Positions 1 through 12,897 of a stretch of 64,000 nucleotides of DNA are shown one piece after another (the stretch's first letter is position 1; each line of letters starts with the position of its first letter). This DNA is from the human T2T-CHM13v2.0 reference genome, Homo sapiens. The position numbers and the translations under genes are program-made. The stretch lies in the NCBI RefSeq assembly GCF_009914755.1, contig NC_060930.1; one strand, 5' to 3'. The notes under the pieces are model-generated. The model did not search any database and was not told where the DNA came from. It saw nothing but the letters and a program-made list of their open reading frames with translations.

Positions 1-386
1 AAAGTGGAAGATCTGAATTTAAATTCTGGCTTGCCATCCAATGCTGAACAAGTCATTTTATTTCTCACCATTTTTTCCCATGGTCCATGAAATGAATAAA
101 TAACATGTACTTGGTCTACTTCATAGAACAATTGGGAAAATCAGATTAGATCTCTTTTGTGCCAAGAATCCATCTGCCTGGTTGCTGATTTCAGCTCTAC
201 CACCTCCAAGTTCTGACTTGGAGAAACTACTTAATATTTCCAGGCCTCAGTTTCTTTATTAGTACAATGTGGATTTTAATAAGTGCTATGTTACAGGATG
301 ATGTTGAAAATTAGAAGAGATGATACATAGAAAGCATGTAGAATAGTGTCTGCCACATAGCTAGTGCTCAATAAATGATACTATTT
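1..386 (+). mobile_element. Two adjacent MIR SINE remnants
   Basis: MIR core 'gcctcagtttctttatt...aatgtggat' and 3' end 'gtctgccacatagctagtgctcaataaatg'; a more degraded copy lies at 1-150. Confidence 0.75.
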
Positions 387-1950
387 TAATGGTGATATTG
401 AGGAGGATGATACCTTTTATTTAAATATGTGAATGAACATGATCTTCCTTTGCAGATTTTAACCTCTTTGAGGTTATTTTTTTTGCTCTTTTTTGGTATG
501 TGGCATAGTAATGCTGACTGAATAAATATTTTCTTAAGAAAAAAATGTTGAACATATAAATGAATGATTGGATAATTCATTCAATCATGATGTGTGGCTG
601 CATGAATAATGGACTTGGCCTGAACTGAAGGCAAAGGTGATTATTGAATGCAGTTGATAACTGAGATTGAGCAGAAAGATCAGATATGAAGACGTATGAA
701 AGCAAAATAAACGATTTGAATCTGATGCAGTAGACAATTGCAAGTCACCATGACTAGCTGAAAGCGAAGTAAGATAAATTAAAAATGATTCAAAAAATAT
801 TTCTGCTGTAAGAAATTGGATGGATTGGAAACAGGAAGACATGCATGTAGGCAATAATCTTTCTTAGTTAATATTCCCTCTTTGTATATATATCTCACAA
901 AATAACATGGATTTTACTACTAGAATGATTATATATAATTACAATTAAGCTAATTCATTTCAATCTAATACTGTCTTAATAAGTTGTATATAAAAACATT
1001 TTACTAAAGTGATATACAGCTTTATGAAAGAAACAGACTCTATGTTAAGAATTTATATATTGCATATGCATTGATACAGTCTTGTCATGGTGGAGTTCTC
1101 AGAAATTGTAGTGTAATACATTAAAAATCCCTTTTATTAGTACATCTCAATTATTTGAAAATATTTATCAGTAGGTCGTTACTTCAAGAACAATGAAATA
1201 ACTTGCCTTATAACAGAATGATCAGAATATTATTAGGCGCTTCCATAAAAAATGTGAAGAACAAAAAGTATATAATTTAAATGCTTAAAAAACTGATAAC
1301 TATAAATATTTCAGGATTAATTAACCTATAGTGAAATGTACTTAACCAAAATTATTTATACTAAAAAAACTATAATTTTTAAAAAACTTACATGGTTTCG
1401 ATTGAGTTATTTGAGCTCATTAATCATCCTTTATCCTAATAATACTTATGTAATGAACTGAGTGGTACTATTATTTTCAGAAAAGTTAATGAACTTTTTA
1501 AATTAAAACTTACAACTTAGGAATCATATATTTACAAGAAAATTGCGTGCCTTCAACATGAACAAACTGGTAAGCTGTTTTCCACAAATTAGTTCTATAG
1601 ATTCTGACACAAAGAAAAAGAGGTCATTTTTGAGGCATTGGATATTGATAATGGTGAAACAGTTTAACCTGCAAATAATTATTTCATTGACACCTTTAAA
1701 TCAAAATTATGTATCCAGAAAAAATTGATAATTTTGTCAAAAGCCATCATTAATTCTTCTAAATTTTAATGTTTGTAAAAAAAATTTTTAATACCTAAGA
1801 TTCTAAGTCTTTTCAATAAATGTATTTTATGTATATATTTAATGAGAATTATTATAATGTGATATCACATGAATATTTAGATCTGTATTTAGACTTTTAT
1901 CTACTGGTTTGTCTTTTGTGTCTCCTCATGTCTGTCTTTCACTCACCCTC

Positions 1951-4262
1951 TGCATTAGTCTGTTTTCACACTGCTGATAAAGACATACCTGAGACTGGAC
2001 AATTTACAAAAGAAAGAGGTTTATTGCACTTACAGTTCCACATAGCTGGGGTGGCCAGAATTATGGCAGAAGATGAGGAGGAGCAAGTCACATATTACAT
2101 AGATGGTGGCCGGCAAAGAGGGAGAGTTTGTTCGGGAAAATTCCCATTTTTAAAACCATCAGATCTCATGAGACTTATTCACTATCATGAGAACAGCACA
2201 GGAAAGACCCACCCCCATGATTCAATTACCTCCCCCCAGGTCTTTCTCACATGTGGGAATTCAATATGAGATTTGGGTGGGGACACAGCCAAACCATATC
2301 ATTCCATGCCTGGTCTCTCCAAAATCTCATGTCCTCACATTTCAGAACCAATCATGCCCTCCCAACAGTCCCCCAAAGTCTTAACTCATTTCAGCATTAA
2401 CTCAAAAGTCCACAGTCCAAAGTTTCATCTGAGACAAGGCAAGTCCCTCATGCCTATGAACCTGTTAAATAAAAAGCAAGTTAGTTACTTCCTAGCTGCA
2501 ATGTGGGTACAGGCATTGGGTAAATACAGCCATTCCAAATGGGATAAATTGGCCAAAACAAAGGGGCTAGAGGCCCCATGAAAGTCCAAAATCCAGTGGG
2601 GAAATCAAATCTTAAAGCTCCAAAATGATCTCCTTTGACTCCATGTCTCACATCCAGGTCATGCTGATGGGTGGGTTCCCATGGCCTTGGGCAGCTCTGA
2701 TGCTGTGGCTTTACAGGGTATAGCCTCTCTCCCAGCTGCTTTCATAGGCCAACATTGAGTGCCTGCAGCTTTTCCAGGCACAAATTACAAGCTGTCAGTG
2801 GATATACCATTCTGGGATCTGGAGGACGGTGGCCCTCTCCTCACAGCTCCACTAGGCAGTGCCCCAGTAGGGACTCCGTGTGGGGGTTCCAACCCTACAT
2901 TTTCCTTGCACACAGCCCTAGCAGAGGTTCTCCATGAAGGCCCCGCCCCTACAGCAAACTTCTACCTGGGCATCCAGGGGTTTCCATACATCTTCTGAAA
3001 TCTAGGTGGAGGTTCCCATACCTAAATTCTTGACTTCTGCGCACTCACAGGCTCAACATCACATGGAAGCTGCCAAGGCTTGGGACTTGGACCCTCTGAA
3101 GCCACGGCCTGAGCTCTACATTGGCCCCTTTCAGCCATGGCTGAAGCAGCTGGGATACAGGGCACCAGGACCCTAAACTGCACACAGCATGAGGAACCTG
3201 GGCCTGGCCCACAAAACCATAGTTTCCTCCTAGGCTTCTGAGCCTGTGATGGAAAGGGCTGCCATGAAGACCTCTGACATGCTGTAGAGACATTTTTCCC
3301 AATTGTCTTGGGGATTAACATTTGGCTGCTCATTACTTATGGGAATTGCTGCAGCCAGCTTGAATTTCTCCTCAGAAAATGGGATCCTCTTTTCTATTGC
3401 ATTGTCAACCTGCAAATTTTCCAAACTTTTATGTTCTGCTTCCCTTGTAAAACTGAATGCCTTTAATGGCACCCAAGTCATCCCTTGAATGCTTTGCTGC
3501 TTAGAAATTCCTTCCTCCAGATACCCTAAATCATCTCTCTCAAGTTCAAATTTCCACAATTCTCTAGGGCAGGGGCAAAATGCCACCAGTCTCTTTGCTA
3601 AAACATTACAAAAGTCACCTTTTCTCCCAGTTCCAAACAAGTTCCTCATCTCGGTCTGAGACCACCTCAGCCTGGATTTCATTGTCAGTATCCTTATAAG
3701 CATTTTGGTCAAAGCCATTCAACAAGTCTCTAGGGAGTTCCAAACTTTCTCACATTTTTCTGCCTTCTTCTTCTGAGCCCTCCAAACTGTTCCAACCTCT
3801 GACTATTATCCATTTCCAAAGCTGCTTCCACATTTTCACGTATCTTTTCAGCAGTGCCCCACTCCTGGTACCAATTTACTGTGTTAGTCTGTTTTCACAA
3901 TGCTGATAAAGACACACCTGAGACTAGGAAATTTACAAGAGAAAGAGGTTTATTGGACTTACAGTTCTACGTGGCAGGGGAGGCCTCGCAAGCATGGCAG
4001 ATGGTGAGGAGGAGCAAGTCGCATCTTACATGGATGGCAGGGAGCAAGTCGCATCTTACATGGATGGCAGCAGGCAAAGAGAGAGAGTTTGTTCAGGGAA
4101 ATTCCCATTTTTAAACTCATCAGATCTCATGAGACTTATTTACTATCACAAGAGCAGTATGGGAAAGACCCACCACCATGATTCAATTCCCTCCTACTGG
4201 GTCCAACCCACATGTGGGAATTCAAGATGAGTTTTCAGTGGGGACACAACCAAACCATATCA
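1951..4262 (-). mobile_element. Complete THE1 (THE1A/B-like) ERVL-MaLR element: LTR 1951-2301, internal 2302-3879, LTR 3880-4262
   Basis: Both LTRs run tgyrttagtc...aaaccatatca around a ~1.6-kb THE1 internal region; flanking 5-mers ccctc (1946-1950) and tcctc (4263-4267) fit a TSD. Confidence 0.95.
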
Positions 4263-6099
4263 TCCTCTCTCTCCCATGCACACAGAAACACACATGCTAC
4301 ACAAACACAAATTTAATACATATTTTAAATGCTCATACAGAAGCTTTAAATTTTATTTTTTAATCACTTTTAATATTATCTCAGTGGAATTTTCTCTATT
4401 GTTTAGAGAATGCACTACTGCTATACATCTAAAATAATTCTATTCAGAATTAAGATGAACAAAAATTGGTAAAAATTGCTAACCATGGCAAAGCCTTTGT
4501 CCTTGACTATATCCTTAAATTCCCTCTGATTTCTCTAGTATTTTGCCAATCTCAGATAATTCTAAGATCTGTGTATCCAGTCAAACTTCCCACTCTGTGT
4601 ATATGATTTATCCAGCTATCAAATAGAGAAGAGTTATGATAACTGCAACAAAATGCTAATTATTAATAATGGCTTAACCACATTTTCCTTCTTACCCTTG
4701 GCCAATGCCTTTGAACAGGACTTCTCAGAGTTTTCTAGAAATTGATATACTCTAATCCAGCAAGCCCTCTTATTTTGGAGCACCATGACCTCTGGAGAAT
4801 ATATGGATGAGGCTGAACCCTCTGAAATTGAATGTAAAAATGTGATTTTGTTCTTATATTAATGTATTATATAATAATTTAGAAACAGCCTTTATTAATT
4901 CCAAGAAACTGCATATGATACAAAATAAGGTGATGAACCACATTTTGGCAGGAAGAAGTGAACTAACACACCTGGAAAAAATGAAGGATGCAGCCCTCTC
5001 TAGACATAATTTCCTCAAAAATTCCTGTTTTTTTCCTCAGAATTATGTATTTTTTTGCTTCTATTCCATAATGTTTCTGTGTTTAGTTTAACATAATAAA
5101 TGTTTTTAATTACAACATGAAAGTTCTTGGGTGAACCTCTGCTATTTATCTAAATTAAGCCAAACAATTTCTGTTTCCTTCTGAGTCCTATTAAAGATTG
5201 GCTTGCTATTGGTCCCTTTATAGCACTGTGGGCTCCTGCTGACCCAAGGGAAATTATGAAATTCTTCATTGTGCTCCAGGGGTCATGGGTGCATAGGATG
5301 AGGTTTGCACCGTATCAGTTCAGAGTTTCTGGCTCCCTTAATGTTTACTTTTTTGTGAATATATTACTTCCTATTATTTCTTTATTCCCACTTCTTATTA
5401 ATGTGATTAAGATAATATACAGCTAATTCACTTATAGAAATGCATTTTTAAAACTTATGTAGAATCTGCAGTATTTTTTTCTAATAAATACACCTCCTTG
5501 GGAGAATATTTAATGAACTGTACACATCTTGGGGAAAATTTAAATTAGTATGTCATTCAGTTCACGTCTAAAACATTCGAAGTCAGCCTGTTACATCAGA
5601 CAATGCCCACAACATGGAAAAACAAAGTTGAATAAGACACAGTTCATAATTTGAAGGAATAGGCTGTTCGAAAGAGAAACTTGTATCAGATCAAATAATG
5701 ATCATACTGTGTTATGGCTAATGGTACTTTTTTGTTTACCTTGATTCTTACTTTTACCACAGTGCTAGTTTTTGTTTTGTCTATTCAGAGTGACTTTCTT
5801 TGGGAGGAATTTTTCTCTTCCCTTTATCTACAGTAGAAAGATCCCAGTAACCAAATTTGTAATATGGGATCTCATCTGTCTTAGACCAAGCTTGGATGGC
5901 TGACTCAAATAGATCATCAATTGAAAATCATTAGACCTGCAAGATTCGGAAGTGGTTGCGAGGGGCTGCTTACAATAGGCCAATATCACCTAAACTTAGA
6001 AGCATTCAGTAACACTCAAAAGAGAAGAGCTGAGAAAGAACATTCTGGTAGATTTTTCGGTTCCACTGTTTAATTCCACTCTTCAAAACACAGTAAGAT

Positions 6100-6365
6100 T
6101 CTGGTACCAGACTGTAGGCCTTCTCATCCTGCCCTGTGATCATAGGCAAAAAACTTACCTTTTTGTACCTTGAATTCCTCCTCTATAAAAAGGAGATAAT
6201 AATAGTATATAATGCCATAATAATGTATGTTATTATAAGAGTTATAGTACATTAAGCCCTCATAATAATACTATAAGGTTGGTAAGAAGATTAAACAAGC
6301 TAATGTATTTATAGCAGACCCTGGCACATAATAAATACTTGATAAATGTTAGCTGATATTATTAC
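6100..6365 (+). mobile_element. MIR SINE
   Basis: 'ttcctcctctataaaaaggagataataatagta' core and 'cctggcacataataaatacttgataaatgttagc' 3' end. Confidence 0.75.
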
Positions 6366-6795
6366 TCTTGCCATTGGGTTTCATGAAATAACTTGCAATC
6401 ATTAAAATAAGCCTCTTTTACTTCCTTGAGTTATCATCAATTACAAAAGTTATAAATTGTCCTCTCTGTGGAGTTTTATCTTGGCATTGCTGTTTTTATT
6501 TTAAGAGGCATCATTGGGAACAGCCTGGCTTGGTGAAAAAAAATTAACCTCAGCAAAATATTTCTCTGCACTTCATTTTTCTCCTTGCTAAACACAAGTA
6601 TTTATCATTACCGTGCAAGGTTATTTTAGAATTAAATGATTTAGCATGTCTATCATCTGGCATATGTGAATAAGCATTTATTATCTATACTGATAATATA
6701 GTTATTATTTGTGCAGATTTATTCTGCTTATTTATATATTAATTATCTGGCCAGCTCACTTTATTATTGCTTGATTTTCCTAAAATTTGTGTTAC

Positions 6796-6931
6796 TATTT
6801 AGCAACTGAGGCAAGGTTTTATGTTTGGGGTTCGTTGGTAATAATTTTACCAAACATAATAAGTATGTTTGGTTTTATGTTTTATTTAGCAACTGAGGCA
6901 AGGTTTTATGTTTGGGGTTCTTTGGTAATAA
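6796..6931. repeat. 49-bp direct duplication with 38-bp templated filler
   Basis: 6796-6844 vs 6883-6931, one mismatch. Confidence 0.95.
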
Positions 6932-7649
6932 GTAAGAATTGCAATAAAAGAATTAAGTAATTTTATTCATTATGGATATTAAATGTCTGATTTTTTGGCC
7001 AATTTTCCAAAAATGACAGTTAAAGTAGAACTTAATATTGATAACTATTTAATCATTTCCTTGCAGTTCCTACTCTAAATACATTTCTACTTCAATAGAC
7101 CTTAGACATTAGCTATTGTTCTTAAAAACATAAAATTGTAAACTTCTAGAAGAAAATTAGGACATTATGGTAATCAGATAGACATTTAAGAAATGGTTTC
7201 CATTTTACTACATTTATTAGATTATTTATTCTATTCCTAATTGTCATACTAGTTTCATCCTTTTGTTTGCATATTTACATTCAGGAGCACATTGTTTTAT
7301 TAGATACTAAATTCTTACCTGAACTAACATATACTAAACTATAATTTTATTATTTATTTAAAAAATGATCATAGGGTTTTTATTAAATGCATCACAAATA
7401 CAAAAAGTCCAATTTAGTAGAGGCCCTAGCACCCACAAGGAGAAATCAGCACAGGCAGGAACTCCTTTATAAAGTTCAAAAATTAAATATTTTAATATTT
7501 ACAAGTATGAAATGCTTTAAGCATAAAATGACATCAAACAAAAGCTCTTTTGATGTTAAGAAAGGTACTGGCAAAGTACCCTGTATAACTGAGGCTTTTA
7601 AAAACAAAATGACAGATCATCATGAATGCAGTGAAATAAAGAATACTCC

Positions 7650-8550
7650 ATAGAAAAATTTGGGGATGCAATTAAAACTGTACTCAAAGCAAATTATATA
7701 ATTTAAATGTGCTTATATTTAAAAAGAAAGAAAAAAAATAACTTCTCATACTAATAAATTAGAAAATTAATTTAGAGTAAAATTTATTAAGAATAAATTA
7801 AACCCAAACCTAAAATGAATTAATTAAAAACAAAATACAGTAAAAAGTATTTAAAATGCAATGCCTGCACTTTCAAAGGACTACTCTCAGTCTTCCTGTA
7901 ATTTATTCCTAGAATTACGTTTTTCAGTCTTTCCATAATTTTTTAATCTAAAAAACAAAAGAGAGAGACAGTTTATTAAGAATTAACAAGTAAATGTATT
8001 CATAGTCATAGGAGAGATTAAAACTGATATAAAAGATTATCAGGTACAATGCTACATTTTTTTCAAAAAATTTAAGTCTATGCTTATTGAATCATTTCCA
8101 AAACAAAATTAATCACGCTAGAAAAAAATATAAAATAACTGAGCAGGCAAATTAAGAAGAAAAAGGTTATAAAAGTAAATATCATTCTACATATTTAAAA
8201 AGGCACAGGTCTATTGGCAAATCCTAATACATTTTTAGTTGAGGGCTATCTTTGGAAAAAACATTTTTAACTTGTGCAACCACAAAAATAATAGAATTAT
8301 CACTAATTCATTTTAAGAAGCTGAGTACTTTAACATCAATAACTGATAAGGGAAGCAGAAAAATAGATTTTTTTGTCCTATAGCTCAATATCACATTAAT
8401 GTGGATCAAAATATATAAATAAACATTAGTAAATAGAATCCAGGAGAGCACTAACTGAATAATTCACCATAGCAAAGAAAGGTTTATATCAAGAAAATAA
8501 GGCTGATTCATTAGTGCTCAATATATTAACACAATTTATTATGCTTAATT
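7650..8550 (+). mobile_element. Ancient L1M ORF2 fragment (boundaries approximate)
   Basis: 8430-8545 resembles the degenerate ORF2 segment [19 protein letters not shown]...WFN; A-rich L1 sense composition. Confidence 0.6.
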
Positions 8551-9307
8551 TTAACCTAGAAGGCTTTGTGTGATGTGGTCTTTCTTTATCACCTTGCACA
8601 CACCTCTAACCATGACTTCCTCATCCACTATAATCTAATCATAATGACTATTTTTAAGTTAATTAATGATGTATATAACCCTCTTCTTTTTTATGGCTGA
8701 ATTGTATTATATTGTGTCTGTAACACATTTTCTTCATGTATTCATCTGTTTATGGACATTTAGGTTGATTCCGTATCTTAGCTATTATGAATAGAGTTGC
8801 AATAAACATGAGGGTGCAGTTATCTCTTTGATATACTGATTTCCTTTCCTTTGGATAAATACCCAGTAGCAGGATTACTGGATGATATGATAGTTCTGTT
8901 TTTACTTTTTCAAAAAACCTTAATACTGTTTTTAATAATGGCTGTACTAAATTACATTCCCACCAGCAGTGTATAAGAATTTTCTTTTCTCTACATCCTT
9001 GCCAGCATTTGTTGTTGTTTTTTTTTTGTCTTTTTGACAATAGCCACTCTAATTGACATGAGGTGATATCTCATTGTCATTTCGATTTTTATTTCTCTGA
9101 TTAGTGATGTTGAGCATTTTTTTAATGTTTTTTGGCCATGTGTATGTCTTCTTTTTGAGAAATGTCTATTTAGTTCCTTTACCCACTTTTTAATTGGATT
9201 ATTTGCTTTTTATGCTGTTGAATTCTTTTCATATTCTGGATATGGGTCCTTTGTCAGATAAACATTTTCTCTTTCTACTTTTTGTCTCTTAACTCTGTTG
9301 ATCCTTT

Positions 9308-9358
9308 CTTCTGAGATCAGATGAGATCAGGCAGGTTCAGGGTGGTATGGCTGTAGAC
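9308..9358 (-). pseudogene. 5S rRNA pseudogene fragment (nt 1-51, no poly(A) tail)
   Basis: Reverse complement gtctacagccataccaccctgaacctgcctgatctcatctgatctcagaag matches human 5S nt 1-51 at 45/51; all mismatches fall at reference CpG positions. Confidence 0.92.
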
Positions 9359-9625
9359 TGCTGATTATTTATTGTGCTGTGCAGAAGCTTTTCAGTTTAA
9401 TATACCCTCATTGTCTGTTTTTTTTTTTTTTGCCCGTGTTTTTAAAGTCTTAAGTCATAAAATTTTTTCCTAAACCAATGTCTTGAACATTACTTCTATG
9501 TTTTCTTCTAGTAGTTTTAACGTTTCAAGACTTATGTTTAAGTCCTTAATCTATTTTGAGTTTATTTTTGTATATGGTGAGAGATAGGAGTTACATTTTA
9601 TTTTTCTGCATGTGAATATACTAGG

Positions 9626-10229
9626 TGACAGAGCAGGCACACCATCATCTTGGACAAACACCACCACTCAAAGTTCCAGTTCCCTTTCTAGCCTCATGCA
9701 TTTCAAGGAAATCACTTCTAACTACAAGCAGCCAGAAAGCACACATAGTAAAACACAGATAAGACAGCTCGGGCACAGAGGGAGGTAGGGGAAAAGTCTT
9801 GGGTAACTGCCAAATTTCACCCTCATGGGCCCTAGTAATACGGTGGGCCCTAGTTTCATACATAATTTCATACAATGGGCCCTAGTAATACGGTGGGCCT
9901 TAATAAGCACATTCCTTTCCCTTCAGGTGCACTAAGGTAGGGAGGCTAAATGCAGACTTGGGGAGTATGCCTGCAGCTGCAGAAAGTTGTATGGAAACAG
10001 ACACACAACTCTCCCTCCCAGTTAAGCACAACAAAGAGACACAGAAGCAGTCCAAGCCTCTGATAAACTCTCCCACCCTGAATCCTTAAAATCTCTTATT
10101 CTGTACCAGAGTGTACCTCTGACTTAACTCAGCCAGAAGCCCCTTTTAGGTTTGTTTTCTCTAAAATAAACCTGTCCTTGACTGCCAAGCCACTTTTCAT
10201 GTTTCTTTCCTCTTTCTTTAATTCTTACA
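9626..10229 (+). mobile_element. ERV1 solo LTR (LTR19-like, tentative) inserted in L1
   Basis: TG...CA ends, ~600 bp, aataaa near 10165, flanks ctagg/ctagc; L1 sequence resumes on both sides. Confidence 0.85.
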
Positions 10230-12897
10230 CTAGCTTCATTTATTGAAGAGCATGTTCTTCATACCTTTGTCAAAAATAAGTTGGTTGTAATACATGGATT
10301 TGTTTCTGTTTTCTATTCTATTCCTTGGACTATGTGTCTGTTTTTATACCACTGTCATGCTGTTTTGGTTACTATAGATTTTTGTATATTTGAAGTTAGA
10401 TAGTGTGATTCCTCTAGCTTCGTTCTTTTTGCTCAGTATTGCTTTGGCTATTCAAATTATTCTGTGGTTCCGTACAAATTTTAGGATTTATTTTCGATTC
10501 ATGTGAAGAATGTCATTGGTATTTTGATAGGAATTGCCTTGAATCTGTAGATTGCTTTGGGTAGTATGGTCATTTTAACTACTTTAATTAATTCTTCCAG
10601 TAGTCCATGAAAATGTGTCCGTGTTCTCTTTAACTTATTTCATTAGTGTTTGTAGTTTTTATTATAGAGTTCTTTCACTTTCTGGTTAAAATTATTCCTT
10701 GGTATTTTTCATAGCTATTGTAAATGGTATTGCTTTTCTTTTACTCTTTTTTCTTTTTATTTCTTTTTCAGCTAGTTTATTATTGGTGCATAAAATGCTA
10801 CTGATTTTTGTATGTTTATGTTGTATCGTGCAACTTTACTGAATTTGTTTAGCACTTCTAAGAGGTATTTTTGTGGAGGAGTCTGTAGTCTTATCTATAT
10901 ATAAGTTCATGCTGTCTGCAAAGAAGGACAATTTTACTTCCTCTTTTCCAATTTGGATGACTTTTATTTCTTTCTCTTTCAAAATTTCTCTGGCTAGGAA
11001 GTTTAATACTGTGCTGAAAATGAATGGTGATAGTGAGCATTCTTGTCTTATTCCAGTTCTTAGAGGAAAAGCTTTTCCCCCATTCATTACAATGTTATCT
11101 GTGAGTTTGCAATATATAGCTTTTGCTATTTTGAGATATGTTCCTTCTATGCCTAATTTGTTGAATTTTCTTTAGAAAGGGCTATTGAACTTTATCAAAT
11201 ATTTTTCTGCATCTATTGAGATGATCATAAAGTTTTTGTTATTTATTCTGTTCATGTAATGTATAACATTTATTTATTTGTATATGCTGAACAATCGTTG
11301 CATCCCTGAGATGAATCCAACCTGTTCATGGTGTGTTGTTTTTTTGATTTGTTGTTGGATTTTGTTTGCTTATATTTTGTTGAGGATTTTTGCATTTATG
11401 TTCTTCAGGGATATTGGCCTATAAGGTTTTTTTTTTTTTCTTTGTTGTTGTTGTTCTTGTGTCCTTGTCTGGTTTTAATATCAGGGTAATACTGGCCTCT
11501 TAGAATGAGTTGAAAAAAATTCCCTTCTCTTTAATTTTTTGGGAATAGTTTAAGAAGAATTGGTGTTCGTTTTTCTTTAGAAGGTTGGTAGAATTCAGCA
11601 GTGGAACAAGTCTTGGGCTTTTCTTTGTTATTGATTCAATTGTATTACTCATTTTTGATCTTTTCAGGTTTTCTATTTCTTCATGGCTCAATCTTAATGA
11701 ATAATATGTATCTAGAAATTTATTTATGTCTTCTAGGTTTCCCAATTTGTTAGAGTATAGTTCATAACAATCTCTAATGATCGTTTGTATTTCTGTGTTT
11801 CCACAGAATGTAAAACAGATTTGTAATGTCTTCTTCTTCATTTCTAATTTTATTTATTTGGGCCCTCTCTTTTTTTTCTTGGTTAATTTAGCTGGAAGTT
11901 TGTCAATATTCTTTATCTTTTCAAAAAAATAAACTTTTCATTTCACTGATCCTTTGTGGGTTTTTTTTGTCTGTATTTTCATTAGGTCTGCTTTCATTTT
12001 TATTACTTATTTTCTTCTGCTTGTTCAGGGTTTGGTTTGTTCCTACTTTTCTAGTTTCTTAAGGTCCATGATGAGATTATTTATTTGAGTCTCTCTATTT
12101 TTTTGATGAAGTCATGTATTGCTGTAACCTGCCCTCTTAGAACTACTTTTGCTATATCTCATACGTTTTGGTATGTTGTGTTTTTATTTTCATTTGTTTC
12201 AAGAAATATTTTTATTTATTTCTTAATTTCTTCATTGAAAGAAAACATGTTGTTTGATTTCCATATATTTACAAAGTTTCCAAAGTTCCTGTTGTGATTG
12301 TCTTCTAGTTTTCTTCCACTGCCATTTTAGAAAATACTTGATGTAATTTCAATTCTTTTGAGTTTGTTGAGCGTTGTTTTGTGTTCTGATGTCTGGTCTA
12401 TGCTACAGAATGTTTGTGTGCTAATGAGAAGGTTGTGTATTCACAGCTGTGGTGTGAAATGTTCTGTAAATGTCTAAGTCCATTCAGCCTATAGTGCAGA
12501 TTAAGTGTGATGTTCCTTTGTTGATTTTTTCCATCTAGATGACATGTCTAATGCTGAAAGTGTGGCCCTGAAGTAACCAGATATTATTGTATTGGAGTTT
12601 AATGCACTCTATAACTCTGATAATGTTTGCTTTACATATATGGATGCTCCCATGTTGGGTACATATATATTTACAATTATATTCTCTTGATTATCTTTTA
12701 TCATTATATAAGGACATTCGTTGTCTCTTTTTATGATTTTTGCCATGAAGTCTGTTTTGCTTAATATAAGTGTAGCCCTCCTGCATGTTTTTGGTTTCTA
12801 CTTGTGTGGAATGTTTCTGTTCATCCTTTCACTTTCAGTCTATGCATGCCTTTATAGGTGAAGTCAGGCTTTTATAGGTAGCTTATATTTGGGTCTT

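Larger units (their letters stand above)
8680..12897 (-). mobile_element. L1MA/L1PB-type LINE-1, ORF2 from the C-terminus to the endonuclease region, 3'UTR missing, interrupted by a 5S fragment and an LTR
   Basis: ORF-track fragments [20 protein letters not shown] (8750-9040), AFPLRTGIRQECSLSP..LSFFADSM (RT, 10836-11087), EIQTIIRDCYE..KFLDTY (11500-11841). Confidence 0.9.

Noticed and set aside
1820-4363. Cluster of overlapping ORFs (up to 162 aa)
   Set aside because: All lie mostly or wholly in THE1 LTR or internal sequence; at most decayed MaLR ORF remnants.
4755-4940. Possible hAT/MER DNA-transposon remnant
   Set aside because: Similarity is too weak to name or bound without a profile search.
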